Shown: positions 1 through 8,373 of the stretch, one piece after another
How the letters are laid out: every line of letters begins with the position of its first letter
Position numbering within the stretch: position 1 is the first letter of the stretch
Origin: a virus
Lineage: Duplodnaviria > Caudoviricetes
Virus record (IMG/VR): IMGVR_UViG_3300051213_000082
Location: 1 to 28,629 of that record
Length of the DNA: 28,629 nt
Reading direction: 5' to 3' (one strand)
The notes under the pieces: model-generated
What the model was told of the DNA's origin: nothing
Seen by the model: the letters and a program-made list of their open reading frames with translations, nothing else
Databases searched by the model: none
Made by a program: the position numbers and the translations under genes

Positions 1-2
1 CC

Positions 3-227
3 ATGAGTATAAGAGTGGCTAGCTCGTCAACAGTTGTTACTGCTACCGCTCCTGCCTCAGCAATTCCCGTAGGTACAGTAGAAGAAAGACCACAAAATCC
101 TGGACACGGAGACCTGTATTTTAATACCACTCATGATACACTTGAGCAGTACACAAAAGGTGGATGGCAAAAAATGGGTTACCAAATTGCCATGGCACTA
201 AAAATGAATAAAATGGAGTTGATGTAA
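3..227 (+). CDS. Small virion-associated protein with an RPxNPxxGxxYFN...LExYTxxGW motif (start is at the window edge)
   Basis: 74 aa ORF. RPQNPGHGDLYFNTTHDTLEQYTKGGWQ matches motifs in the ORFs at 11931, 13520 and 15806. Its stop overlaps the next start (TAATG). Confidence 0.6.
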   Translation: MSIRVASSSTVVTATAPASAIPVGTVEERPQNPGHGDLYFNTTHDTLEQYTKGGWQKMGYQIAMALKMNKMELM

Positions 228-595
228 TGCCTGATTATACTTCGTTAGCGAATGAAATTACCGCTATCAAGTCGGAGATCGCTGCAAGCGTAGGTGCTTC
301 TACCTATACTGCACAAGATCTTGTCTACCTTGCATCAGCACTACAAACTTTGGGCGGGATGCTCGGAGTAAATGACATTGTAACAGCTACAGCAGATAAA
401 ATTGCTGAAGTTAATACAGCTAAGACTACAGCTTTGGCTAACCTTGAAACAAAGAGAGTTAACTCATTAGCTGACGTAAATGCTGACAGAGCAACAGCAT
501 TGGCAGATATTGATTCTGCTAAAACAAGTGCTCTAAATCAAATTACTGGCGCATCAACAAATTTTAATGTGCTATTCATAGGGAGCATGATTTAA
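227..595 (+). CDS. Alpha-helical/coiled-coil structural protein, cassette A gene 1
   Basis: 122 aa, Ala/Thr-rich. Clear paralog of 4602..4967 (LETKRVNSLADVNADRATALADIDSA vs LETKRVNSLSDVNSDRATALADIESA). Confidence 0.75.
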   Translation: MPDYTSLANEITAIKSEIAASVGASTYTAQDLVYLASALQTLGGMLGVNDIVTATADKIAEVNTAKTTALANLETKRVNSLADVNADRATALADIDSAKTSALNQITGASTNFNVLFIGSMI

Positions 596-596
596 T

Positions 597-932
597 ATGG
601 CAATTCATTATAAGGTTTTGGGGCAGGTACTACCATCAGCAGCCTCAACATGGACACAGTTATACGCTGTTCCAACAGGTAAGGAGGCAGTATGCTCATC
701 TCTTACTGTAGCAAATTTAACAGCAGATGATATCCTGTATCGTGTTCGTATTCGTGTAGCAGGCGCAGCTGCTAACGATAAGCAGACATTAGTCTATGAC
801 ACAGCATCAGCAGGTGGAGTATCACAAGCACTACAACTTTCTATGACACTTTCAGCAGGAGATATTGTTGAAATTTATGCACCATCAACATCAATTGCAT
901 TCAATCTATTCGGATCGGAGCTTGATGCATAA
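597..932 (+). CDS. Small beta-sandwich structural protein, cassette A gene 2
   Basis: 111 aa. Paralog of 4971..5303 (MAIHYKVLGQ...FNLFGSELDA vs MAIRYKVLGQ...FNVFGAELDV). Confidence 0.75.
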   Translation: MAIHYKVLGQVLPSAASTWTQLYAVPTGKEAVCSSLTVANLTADDILYRVRIRVAGAAANDKQTLVYDTASAGGVSQALQLSMTLSAGDIVEIYAPSTSIAFNLFGSELDA

Positions 933-2011
933 TGGCAGGATTTAATACAATCCCAGGAGTAGCAGGTGGCGGAGGCCAAGCAAACATGACTTTTGTTGCT
1001 TCTGTGCATATGCCTACATACAATAGAAGTTGGACACAAGGCGGGACTCCTGGATATTATGGAATGTTTTCTGCAAATCAAGAAAACGGATATGTTTACT
1101 TTGTAGGAGCAACAACGACTGGTGGTCCATTAAATAGACTTATTAATGTCACACACTCCTTTACAAGAATTGATATTATTGCTCCACAAAATGATATGGT
1201 TTCTTTATACAAGGCAAAAGTAAAAACTACAACATTATTTAATAACCCATTCTCAGCGTTTGCGTCATTCCCATCTGTAATTAGATCTTCTGGAAACTTT
1301 GTTCTTCCAAACAATGCACTTCCTTTGGTTAACGTAATTGTAAATGGCGGCGGAGGCGGCGGAGGAAACAACCGTGGCGGAGGCGGCGGTGGTGGCGGAG
1401 TTGTTAAACTTACCGCATTCCAAGCTGTTGGAACAACATCAGTAACTGTCGGAGGTGGCGGAGGACATGGTACAAGAGGAGCAAATGGTGGAACAACATA
1501 TTTTGGAAATGTGTACGCTTTAGGTGGTGGAGGTGGAGCACACCACGGTCACACAGGTCGAGGCCTAAATACAAACGGTGATATTGTAGCAGCAGGCGGC
1601 GGAGCAGGAGGCCATGATGGAACAACTGGAGGAACTGGAACAGTTCAAACAGCATCGAATGGATTAGGATTTTCTGGAGCTCCAGTATATTTTGGTGGAA
1701 CTAATGGAGGAAACTCAAACGGTGGAGGTTCAAATGGACATGGTGGCGGCGGAGGCGGAGCAGGAGGAAATGGCCAAGACGGTGGATCTAGCAATAATGG
1801 TGGAAATGGTGGATCTGCACACTGGGAATCAGATATAGCACCAGGATACTCATTTGGAGCTGGAGAATCTGGAGCTTCTTATAATCAGCATAACAGTATT
1901 GGGTCGCACAACGGTTCTTTAATCGGACACGGAGGACGTGGAGGACATCATAATCATAATGGTGACGGAGGGGCAACAGGAGGAGTTGTTGTGAGGTACT
2001 ACATACCATGA
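932..2011 (+). CDS. Glycine-rich fibre/adhesin-like protein, cassette A gene 3
   Basis: 359 aa. A non-repetitive N-terminal domain is followed by many GGGG runs and a C-terminal GVVVVRY. Paralog of 5305..6375. Confidence 0.75.
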   Translation: MAGFNTIPGVAGGGGQANMTFVASVHMPTYNRSWTQGGTPGYYGMFSANQENGYVYFVGATTTGGPLNRLINVTHSFTRIDIIAPQNDMVSLYKAKVKTTTLFNNPFSAFASFPSVIRSSGNFVLPNNALPLVNVIVNGGGGGGGNNRGGGGGGGGVVKLTAFQAVGTTSVTVGGGGGHGTRGANGGTTYFGNVYALGGGGGAHHGHTGRGLNTNGDIVAAGGGAGGHDGTTGGTGTVQTASNGLGFSGAPVYFGGTNGGNSNGGGSNGHGGGGGGAGGNGQDGGSSNNGGNGGSAHWESDIAPGYSFGAGESGASYNQHNSIGSHNGSLIGHGGRGGHHNHNGDGGATGGVVVRYYIP

Positions 2012-2358
2012 GTTTATACGCAAAAATTGAAAATAATATTGTTTCTAACATTATTGTATGTGATGATGTAAATATAGGTTTATTTGATGGTGTTTATATA
2101 AAGATTACAGAAGACACAAATACTCCAGAAATTGGATCAGAGTATAACTCAGAAAAAAATAAATTTGCTGAAATTCAGCCATTTGCATCATGGACATTTA
2201 ACCAAGATACATTAAAATGGGATGCACCATCAGCAAAACCAACTGGTAACTATCATTGGTCAGAAGAAAACCTAGAATGGGTTGAGTTTATTCCAAAACC
2301 AGGACCTAACTATCGATGGGACGAAGAATCTAATAGCTGGGTAGAAAAAGAAGACTAA
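2008..2358 (+). CDS. Acidic Trp-rich small protein, cassette A gene 4 (possible fibre chaperone or partner)
   Basis: 116 aa, ATGA overlap with the upstream gene. Contains QPFASW and two KPxxNYxWxEExxxW repeats. Paralog of 6372..6704. Confidence 0.7.
   Translation: MSLYAKIENNIVSNIIVCDDVNIGLFDGVYIKITEDTNTPEIGSEYNSEKNKFAEIQPFASWTFNQDTLKWDAPSAKPTGNYHWSEENLEWVEFIPKPGPNYRWDEESNSWVEKED
2234..2350 (+). repeat. Degenerate 60-bp tandem repeat inside the Trp-rich gene
   Basis: caaaaccaactggtaactatcattgg at 2234 and caaaaccaggacctaactatcgatgg at 2294, encoding KPTGNYHWSEENLEWVE and KPGPNYRWDEESNSWVE. Confidence 0.75.
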
Positions 2359-2369
2359 GGAGGAAATAA

Positions 2370-3773
2370 ATGGCAGTAACATTAGATCTAGTATCTAAGA
2401 ACTCCTTACCCGCCCTCGGCGGTACTTTGACGTTCAAGGCACCATCAACTAACACACAAGTAAAACAACGTATATTCATTCTTAATGTCGGTATGCTTGT
2501 AAATGCTGGTATATATAACCTAACATTTACAAATGGAAACCCTACAAATGTTGCTTATATTAATATTCTAGATGGCGACGGAAACGTGATCGATGAGTCT
2601 TTTGAAAACCCAGAGCTTAATGGAACATTTAACTTTAATCCATCAAAGCCATGGGCAAAAATTATTCTTGTTAGCGATAGCGACTATGTTTATTGGCCAT
2701 CAAATTCAAATGCTGTAGTAGCATCTGGCCTTAGCTCAAATACGAATACTACACCTACAATTACTATTCCCGCTACCCCAGCAACTCAGCTAACAAATAC
2801 TATTACAACAAGAAATGTTAGCGGGACTGACTATGCGTGGACATATCCTACATATAACGTATCTAATAATGCCTACTATGCTGGTAAAGTTGTAAACTGC
2901 TCAACATTTGCTTCACAAGATCTATACTCAAATAACTATCGTGGTGCGTCATTCGCCCACGACTTTGTAAACAATAAAGTTTATATTATTGGTGGAGGCG
3001 TATACAATTCAAACGGAGGAGTTCAATCTCATAGCCAGACCATGTATACAGCATTTATTGAGAAAGACATGTCAACACATTCATTTACTGAAACAGCCAA
3101 GGCTGCTTATCCAGATTCATTGAATACAATGAATATTCTTATAGCCGCTCCTGGAGATGGAAATGTCTACACATTTGGACAGCACTATTTAGAGACATCA
3201 AATGTTCCTACATCTCATTACTACGGAAATCTAGCATACAAGTGGAATGGTACTACAAATACCTGGTCTCCAATTGCTAAGATGAATGGATTCCCGTCGG
3301 TATCATCAGATGAGACATTTGTATTCTGCTACCAGGGCAAGGTCTATATATCAGGGGCTCGCTATACAGCGGTAGACAAAGGCTCAAGAGTACTATTCGA
3401 TTACTGGTTTGGATATTATGATCCAGCAACAAACTCATATACAACAATTAAGAATTTTAAGACAGTGGGACTTTCAGAGGGACCATCATTTACAACCCTT
3501 GGAAATATGAATGGTAGAACATACCATGAAGATGCTGACTACCTATATGATAAGTTTAATAATAAGTATTCAAAGTCTGCATATATTGCAACAGGATTCT
3601 TACCAACAGCAGTTGAAAAGCCACAATATTGGGCTCCAACACCAGTTCTAAATGTTGCAAAAACTCCTGGAAGTGCTACACAATATGCACACTATACAGA
3701 AAATAATAACTACTACTTAGTAGCACAAACACAGTCACAGATTTCTGTCCCATCATACGCTTCTAGGGTATAA
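2370..3773 (+). CDS. Kelch-like beta-propeller protein (putative receptor-binding or virion protein)
   Basis: 467 aa with AGGAGG RBS. Kelch-type blades: NNKVYIIGG, DGNVYTFG, YKWNGTTNTWSPIAKM, QGKVYISG, YYDPATNSYTTI. A Thr/Pro linker follows the N-terminal domain. Confidence 0.65.
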   Translation: MAVTLDLVSKNSLPALGGTLTFKAPSTNTQVKQRIFILNVGMLVNAGIYNLTFTNGNPTNVAYINILDGDGNVIDESFENPELNGTFNFNPSKPWAKIILVSDSDYVYWPSNSNAVVASGLSSNTNTTPTITIPATPATQLTNTITTRNVSGTDYAWTYPTYNVSNNAYYAGKVVNCSTFASQDLYSNNYRGASFAHDFVNNKVYIIGGGVYNSNGGVQSHSQTMYTAFIEKDMSTHSFTETAKAAYPDSLNTMNILIAAPGDGNVYTFGQHYLETSNVPTSHYYGNLAYKWNGTTNTWSPIAKMNGFPSVSSDETFVFCYQGKVYISGARYTAVDKGSRVLFDYWFGYYDPATNSYTTIKNFKTVGLSEGPSFTTLGNMNGRTYHEDADYLYDKFNNKYSKSAYIATGFLPTAVEKPQYWAPTPVLNVAKTPGSATQYAHYTENNNYYLVAQTQSQISVPSYASRV

Positions 3774-3774
3774 T
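3769..3774 (+). promoter_or_regulatory. Putative -10 box (TATAAT) giving a leaderless transcript
   Basis: TATAAT lies 6 nt before the ATG at 3781, with no Shine-Dalgarno in between. Confidence 0.45.
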
Positions 3775-3780
3775 AGTTTT

Positions 3781-3987
3781 ATGGCTACAATATTTCCTTC
3801 CAGCCCTGCGGTTGGTCAAACATATGAATCTAACGGCATCAGATGGCGTTGGACTGGAGTTGTCTGGGAATTATTTACAGATCCAGCAGTAGTTTTTGAT
3901 CATACTCATTCTTATGATGGAGATGTTATTACTAGTGGCTATGCTTCTGGAATCTCATTTGACGGCGGGGATGCTAACCCAGCATGA
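3781..3987 (+). CDS. Small virion-associated protein
   Basis: 68 aa. FPSSPAVGQTY...WRWTGVVW is a motif type common at phage fibre N-termini. Also has HTH(S) and DGG motifs. Confidence 0.6.
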   Translation: MATIFPSSPAVGQTYESNGIRWRWTGVVWELFTDPAVVFDHTHSYDGDVITSGYASGISFDGGDANPA

Positions 3988-4565
3988 TAGTAAATATTCC
4001 ATTTAGAGTAAGAAGAGATACAACAGCAAACTGGGTATTGTATAATCCAGTATTAAAGTCTGGTGAAATTGGTCTAGACACAACATTAAATAAGTTTAAG
4101 TTTGGTAACGGAGTTGCCGTATGGTCAGCATTAGATTATGCAAATGTGTTGTTATCTGATTTAACATCTGCTATTACTGCTCATAATTCAGATACTATAG
4201 ATGTCCACGGTATTTCAAATACGGCTAACCTAGCCACAAATGTTTCCGTGGCTTCGGATATTGCTAGCCATAATGATGATATTACAAATGTTCATGGAAT
4301 TGCTAACACCGCTGATTTGGCTACACAGGCACTTGTTGCCACTACCGCCGCATCTACTTTATCTTCAGCTAACTCATATACAGACACAGCCGTTACAAAC
4401 CTTGTAGGGGCTGCTCCAGCCCTTTTAAACACCCTGTCTGAGCTATCAGATGCCCTAAATGACAATCCTAATTTTGCAGCGGAAATAGCAACGCAGATCT
4501 CTAATCTTCAGACCCTAGTCAACAGCTTTGACATAAGAATAACCAGTCTGGAGCTGGGCATTTGA
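3984..4565 (+). CDS. Fibre protein with a major-tropism-determinant/hyaluronidase-type N-terminal domain
   Basis: 193 aa. RRDTTANWVLYNPVLKSGEIGLDTTLNKFKFGNG fits the Mtd_N pattern. Two HxxDxxxVHGI repeats, the fibre motif APALLNTLSELSDALNDNPNFA, and a C-terminal coiled coil. Confidence 0.7.
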   Translation: MIVNIPFRVRRDTTANWVLYNPVLKSGEIGLDTTLNKFKFGNGVAVWSALDYANVLLSDLTSAITAHNSDTIDVHGISNTANLATNVSVASDIASHNDDITNVHGIANTADLATQALVATTAASTLSSANSYTDTAVTNLVGAAPALLNTLSELSDALNDNPNFAAEIATQISNLQTLVNSFDIRITSLELGI

Positions 4566-4575
4566 GAATGTCCCA

Positions 4576-4584
4576 TGATATACT
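4576..4584 (+). promoter_or_regulatory. Putative extended -10 promoter (TGATATACT)
   Basis: TGnTATACT in the short intergenic gap before cassette copy 2. Confidence 0.5.
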
Positions 4585-4601
4585 AAAGTCGGTGATAATG
4601 A

Positions 4602-4967
4602 ATGCCTACATACGATAGTTTATCAACTCAGATTAATGCTCTGAAGACAGAGATGACTTCAGCCATGTCTTCTACGGCTATGAATAGCCAAGACATGATC
4701 TTCATGGCTAAGGCATTAGGAGAACTAGGCGGTCTTTTAGGAGTAGATGACATTGTTCAGGCTACTGCTGATAAAATCGTAGAACTTGAAACAAAAACAA
4801 CAACTTCTTTAGCTTCATTAGAGACAAAGCGTGTAAACTCTTTGTCAGATGTTAACTCAGACAGGGCGACTGCGTTAGCTGATATTGAATCTGCAAGAGT
4901 TTCTGCAATTAACCAGGTAACTGGAGCAGGAACATCGCTACATCCATTCTTTACGGTAGGAATATAA
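4602..4967 (+). CDS. Coiled-coil structural protein, cassette A' gene 1
   Basis: 121 aa paralog of 227..595. Confidence 0.75.
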   Translation: MPTYDSLSTQINALKTEMTSAMSSTAMNSQDMIFMAKALGELGGLLGVDDIVQATADKIVELETKTTTSLASLETKRVNSLSDVNSDRATALADIESARVSAINQVTGAGTSLHPFFTVGI

Positions 4968-4970
4968 AAC

Positions 4971-5303
4971 ATGGCAATTAGATATAAGGTCTTAGGACAA
5001 AAGTCACCAGCAGCAAATACTAGCTGGGATATTTACACAGTTAGCGGAACAAAAGACGCTATCATTAACTGCATTACAGTAGCAAATAGAAATTCAGACT
5101 CTGCTACATATAGAATTTCAGTACGCCCAGACGGAGCTACACTAACAGACGACATGTATCTTGCATATGATGTTCAAATTGGATCAAACCTATCAGTAGC
5201 CCTAAATTTAGGTATTACAATCAATCAGAATGATGTTGTTACAGTTCAGTCATCATCTGGACTAGTTACATTTAACGTATTCGGAGCGGAGCTAGACGTC
5301 TAA
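4971..5303 (+). CDS. Small beta-sandwich structural protein, cassette A' gene 2
   Basis: 110 aa paralog of 597..932. Confidence 0.75.
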   Translation: MAIRYKVLGQKSPAANTSWDIYTVSGTKDAIINCITVANRNSDSATYRISVRPDGATLTDDMYLAYDVQIGSNLSVALNLGITINQNDVVTVQSSSGLVTFNVFGAELDV

Positions 5304-5304
5304 T

Positions 5305-6375
5305 ATGGGAATTCAAGCATTTGTACCATCATCAGGCGGAGGAACTCCAGGATTTGATTATATTGCTTCTATTAGAATGAATACATATAATCGATCATGG
5401 CCACAACCAGGCGCTTCTGGAAACTATGTAGTAACAACTAACACAGGAAACCCAGGATACGCCTACTTTGTAGGCGCAACAACAACTGGAACTCCTTTAA
5501 ATAAAGTAATTAACGTTACTCATTCATTTACTAGAATTGATATAGTTGCTCCATCTGGAGACTATGTGTCATTACACAAAGTTGCAGTAAAAACAACAAC
5601 AGAGTTTTTAAACCCATTTGCAGCATTTGCATCATTCCCATCAATTATATCTTCATCTGGAAACTTTGTGCTACCAACATCAGCACTACCACTAGTGTCA
5701 GCTCTTGTAGTTGGCGGTGGCGGTGGCGGTGGAGATAACCACGCTGGCGGTGGTGGCGGCGGCGGCGGAATTATTAAGTTAACTGGATATCAGGCTGTTG
5801 GAACAACTGCTGTTACAATTGGCGGTGGCGGTGGAACGAACAGTAACGGTGGTACAACATACTTTGGTAACGTATTTGCACTTGGTGGAGGTATGGGTGC
5901 TCCAGGAAACTGGAGTGGAACTCCAACTTCTGGCGCCAATGGCGGTGGCGGTGGCGGTTACAGATATAATTCAGCAGGAGGAGGACACATTTCTTTAACT
6001 CCTGGAATTGGAACACAAACTGGAACTGCAACAACTCATGGTGGTCATAACGGTGCAAATGGTGGATTCCACACAGGAAGTAATAGTTGGCATAACGCTG
6101 CATCAGGCGGTGGCGGAGCTGGAGGAGCGGGTACTTCAACAGATGGATATTCACCAGGAGGAGGAGGAGCTGGTCATACATCAGACATTACTGGTTCAAA
6201 CTATATCTATGGTGCAGGAGGGCCTGGAGGATCTCATTCTCCAGATAGAGGATTAGGTTCGCACTCAGTTCATGGTAACTATGGAAATGGTGGTCATGGT
6301 GCACATAATGGAAATTATGGAAATACTGGAGGGCAAGGACAAGGAGTAGTAATTGTGAGGTATTATATAACATGA
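5305..6375 (+). CDS. Glycine-rich fibre/adhesin-like protein, cassette A' gene 3
   Basis: 356 aa paralog of 932..2011. Shares INVTHSFTRIDI, FASFPS, FQAVGTT/YQAVGTT, NGGTTYFGNV and VRYYI. Confidence 0.75.
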   Translation: MGIQAFVPSSGGGTPGFDYIASIRMNTYNRSWPQPGASGNYVVTTNTGNPGYAYFVGATTTGTPLNKVINVTHSFTRIDIVAPSGDYVSLHKVAVKTTTEFLNPFAAFASFPSIISSSGNFVLPTSALPLVSALVVGGGGGGGDNHAGGGGGGGGIIKLTGYQAVGTTAVTIGGGGGTNSNGGTTYFGNVFALGGGMGAPGNWSGTPTSGANGGGGGGYRYNSAGGGHISLTPGIGTQTGTATTHGGHNGANGGFHTGSNSWHNAASGGGGAGGAGTSTDGYSPGGGGAGHTSDITGSNYIYGAGGPGGSHSPDRGLGSHSVHGNYGNGGHGAHNGNYGNTGGQGQGVVIVRYYIT

Positions 6376-6704
6376 TTAAATATGCAGAACTAGATAGCGA
6401 AAGCAATGTAATAAATATAATTATCGGGACAGATGTTTTTGTTTCATCATTGCCAGGAATATTTATTAAAGAAACAGATGCAGATGGAGAGGCTGTAATT
6501 GGGGCAACATACGATAAGGATCTAAACAAGTTTATTAAACAACAGCCTTATGCTTCATGGACTTTAAATTCTAGTGGAGACTGGGTTTCACCAGTTGAAA
6601 AGCCAAATGATGGCAAAAAGTACACTTGGATGGAAGATTCTCTTGAGTGGGAAGAAATTGTTCAAATCGAACTACCACTTGAGCCAGTTCCACCCCAAAT
6701 ATAA
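6372..6704 (+). CDS. Acidic Trp-rich small protein, cassette A' gene 4
   Basis: 110 aa paralog of 2008..2358 (NKFIKQQPYASWTLN, YTWMEDSLEWEE). ATGA overlap. Confidence 0.7.
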   Translation: MIKYAELDSESNVINIIIGTDVFVSSLPGIFIKETDADGEAVIGATYDKDLNKFIKQQPYASWTLNSSGDWVSPVEKPNDGKKYTWMEDSLEWEEIVQIELPLEPVPPQI

Positions 6705-6711
6705 AAAAGCA

Positions 6712-6740
6712 TTGACAAAATGCCTCTATTATAGTAACCT
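6712..6740 (+). promoter_or_regulatory. Sigma70-type promoter for the halogenase cassette
   Basis: TTGACA (6712-6717), a 17-nt spacer, then TAACCT (6735-6740). Confidence 0.6.
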
Positions 6741-6764
6741 ATAAGTAGAGGCATTAGTCTTTTT
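6719..6764 (+). terminator. Long inverted repeat / probable intrinsic terminator overlapping the promoter
   Basis: AATGCCTCTA-TTATAG-[TAAC]-CTATAA-g-TAGAGGCATT forms a 16-bp stem with one bulge, followed by agtcttttt. Confidence 0.6.
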
Positions 6765-6780
6765 AGAGATAGGTTTATCA

Positions 6781-8373
6781 TTGATTAATTTAAATAAAAT
6801 TGTTATTGTTGGTGGAGGGTCAGCTGGCTGGATGTCCGCTGCCACTATGGTTAGAGCATTTCCAGATAAGGAAATTGTAGTTATTGAGTCCCCAGATTAT
6901 CCGATTATTGGTGTTGGAGAATCTACACTAGGCGGAATTACTGGATGGGCTAATTGGATCGGCATTGATGAAAAAGACTTTATGCCAGCAACAGATGCTG
7001 TATACAAGATGTCTATTAAATTTACAGATTTTTACAAGAAAGATGCTGGTGGTTTTCACTACCCATTTGGAAAAGTATTTACAGATGGAACGGTTAATGG
7101 TCTTAATGACTGGTATGTTAAAAAGGCAAAGTTCCCAGATTTAGATGTAGCAGATTATGCTCGTACTTTTTTTCCAGCCCTTACTTTGGCTGAACAAAAT
7201 AAACTATCCTGGAATGAATCAGGCAAGCTAGGCAACTTTAACTTTAAGCAAGATGTTGCTTACCATTTTGATGCCACCAAGTTTGGCCAGTGGCTAAAGA
7301 ATAACTACTGCATTCCTAGTGGAGTTACAGTAATTGCAGATACCGTAACTGAGGTTTCTACAAATGAAGCGGGAATTGAATCAGTAACTCTTACTACTGG
7401 AGAAAAGCTAACTGCAGACCTATTTATCGATTGTACTGGATTTAAGTCTATGCTTCTAGAAGAAGCATTAGGTGAGCCATTTGATAACTTTGAGCATATG
7501 CTTCCGAATAATAGTGCTTGGGCTACTCGTATTCCTTATACTGATAAGGAAAAGGAAATGGAGCCATACACTAACTGTACCGCTATTGAAAATGGCTGGG
7601 TATGGAATATTCCTTCCTGGGAACGTATTGGAACAGGCTACGTATTTAGCGATAAATTTGTCTCTAAAGAAGAAGCCTTAGAACAATTTAAAAATCATCT
7701 ACGATCAGATAAGATGACTATTCATGATCCAAATCGTGATGTAGACTCATACGAATATCGTTATATTAAGTTTAAGGTAGGAATTCATAGACGGACATTT
7801 GTAAAAAATGTTGTCGCCATTGGATTTGCTGCTGGATTCATTGAACCACTAGAATCTAATGGTCTATTTACAGTACATGAGTTCCTAGATAAGCTAGTAA
7901 AAACTCTTTCTAGAGGAACAGTCACACAATGGGATAGAGATGCCTATAACTTTGCGACCCGTCGCCAATATTTAGGGTTTAAGGAATTTGTAGCTCAACA
8001 CTATGCTCTTTCTAACAGAACAGATACTGAATATTGGAAAGCTATTACCGAAAAGACCTATCAGCCAGATGTTCCAACTCTAGAGCCATCTATGGTAGTA
8101 GGGTTCAATGATCTAGCAGATATTCATATCAATAGACAAAGATACGACGGAGTTGGAGGAATTCACTGTATTGCTACAGGACTTAACTACTTCCCTGTAA
8201 ATAAAGACACAGTAGAAAGATGGCATCACTATGATGGTATTGACTACTATGAGTATTGCAAAGAAACCTGGAAAACCTGGGACCTATTCCGAAAAGTTTG
8301 GCAGGAAGAGGCAGACGCTTCACCAACTATGTACCAGTGGCTAAAAGAAAATATTCATAATGCTGACTACTAA
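6781..8373 (+). CDS. Flavin-dependent halogenase, tryptophan halogenase (PrnA/RebH) family
   Basis: 530 aa, TTG start. FAD-binding GGGSAG, IGVGEST, a putative catalytic Lys in DAVYKMSIKF, AYHFDA, LFIDCTGF, the WxWxIP signature GWVWNIP, and GFIEPLESNG. Confidence 0.93.
   Translation: MINLNKIVIVGGGSAGWMSAATMVRAFPDKEIVVIESPDYPIIGVGESTLGGITGWANWIGIDEKDFMPATDAVYKMSIKFTDFYKKDAGGFHYPFGKVFTDGTVNGLNDWYVKKAKFPDLDVADYARTFFPALTLAEQNKLSWNESGKLGNFNFKQDVAYHFDATKFGQWLKNNYCIPSGVTVIADTVTEVSTNEAGIESVTLTTGEKLTADLFIDCTGFKSMLLEEALGEPFDNFEHMLPNNSAWATRIPYTDKEKEMEPYTNCTAIENGWVWNIPSWERIGTGYVFSDKFVSKEEALEQFKNHLRSDKMTIHDPNRDVDSYEYRYIKFKVGIHRRTFVKNVVAIGFAAGFIEPLESNGLFTVHEFLDKLVKTLSRGTVTQWDRDAYNFATRRQYLGFKEFVAQHYALSNRTDTEYWKAITEKTYQPDVPTLEPSMVVGFNDLADIHINRQRYDGVGGIHCIATGLNYFPVNKDTVERWHHYDGIDYYEYCKETWKTWDLFRKVWQEEADASPTMYQWLKENIHNADY

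Larger units (their letters stand above)
227..2358 (+). repeat. Copy 1 of a duplicated four-gene cassette (copy 2 is 4602..6704)
   Basis: Four consecutive ORFs have paralogs of similar length in the same order. Confidence 0.9.
4602..6704 (+). repeat. Copy 2 of the duplicated four-gene cassette
   Basis: Gene-by-gene paralogy with 227..2358. Confidence 0.9.

Noticed and set aside
1-8. Window start ccATGAgt resembles the cassette gene 3/gene 4 junction at 2006 (ccATGAgt), hinting at a third cassette upstream
   Set aside because: Only 8 nt match, the ORF that follows is not homologous to the Trp-rich gene, and the upstream sequence is not visible.
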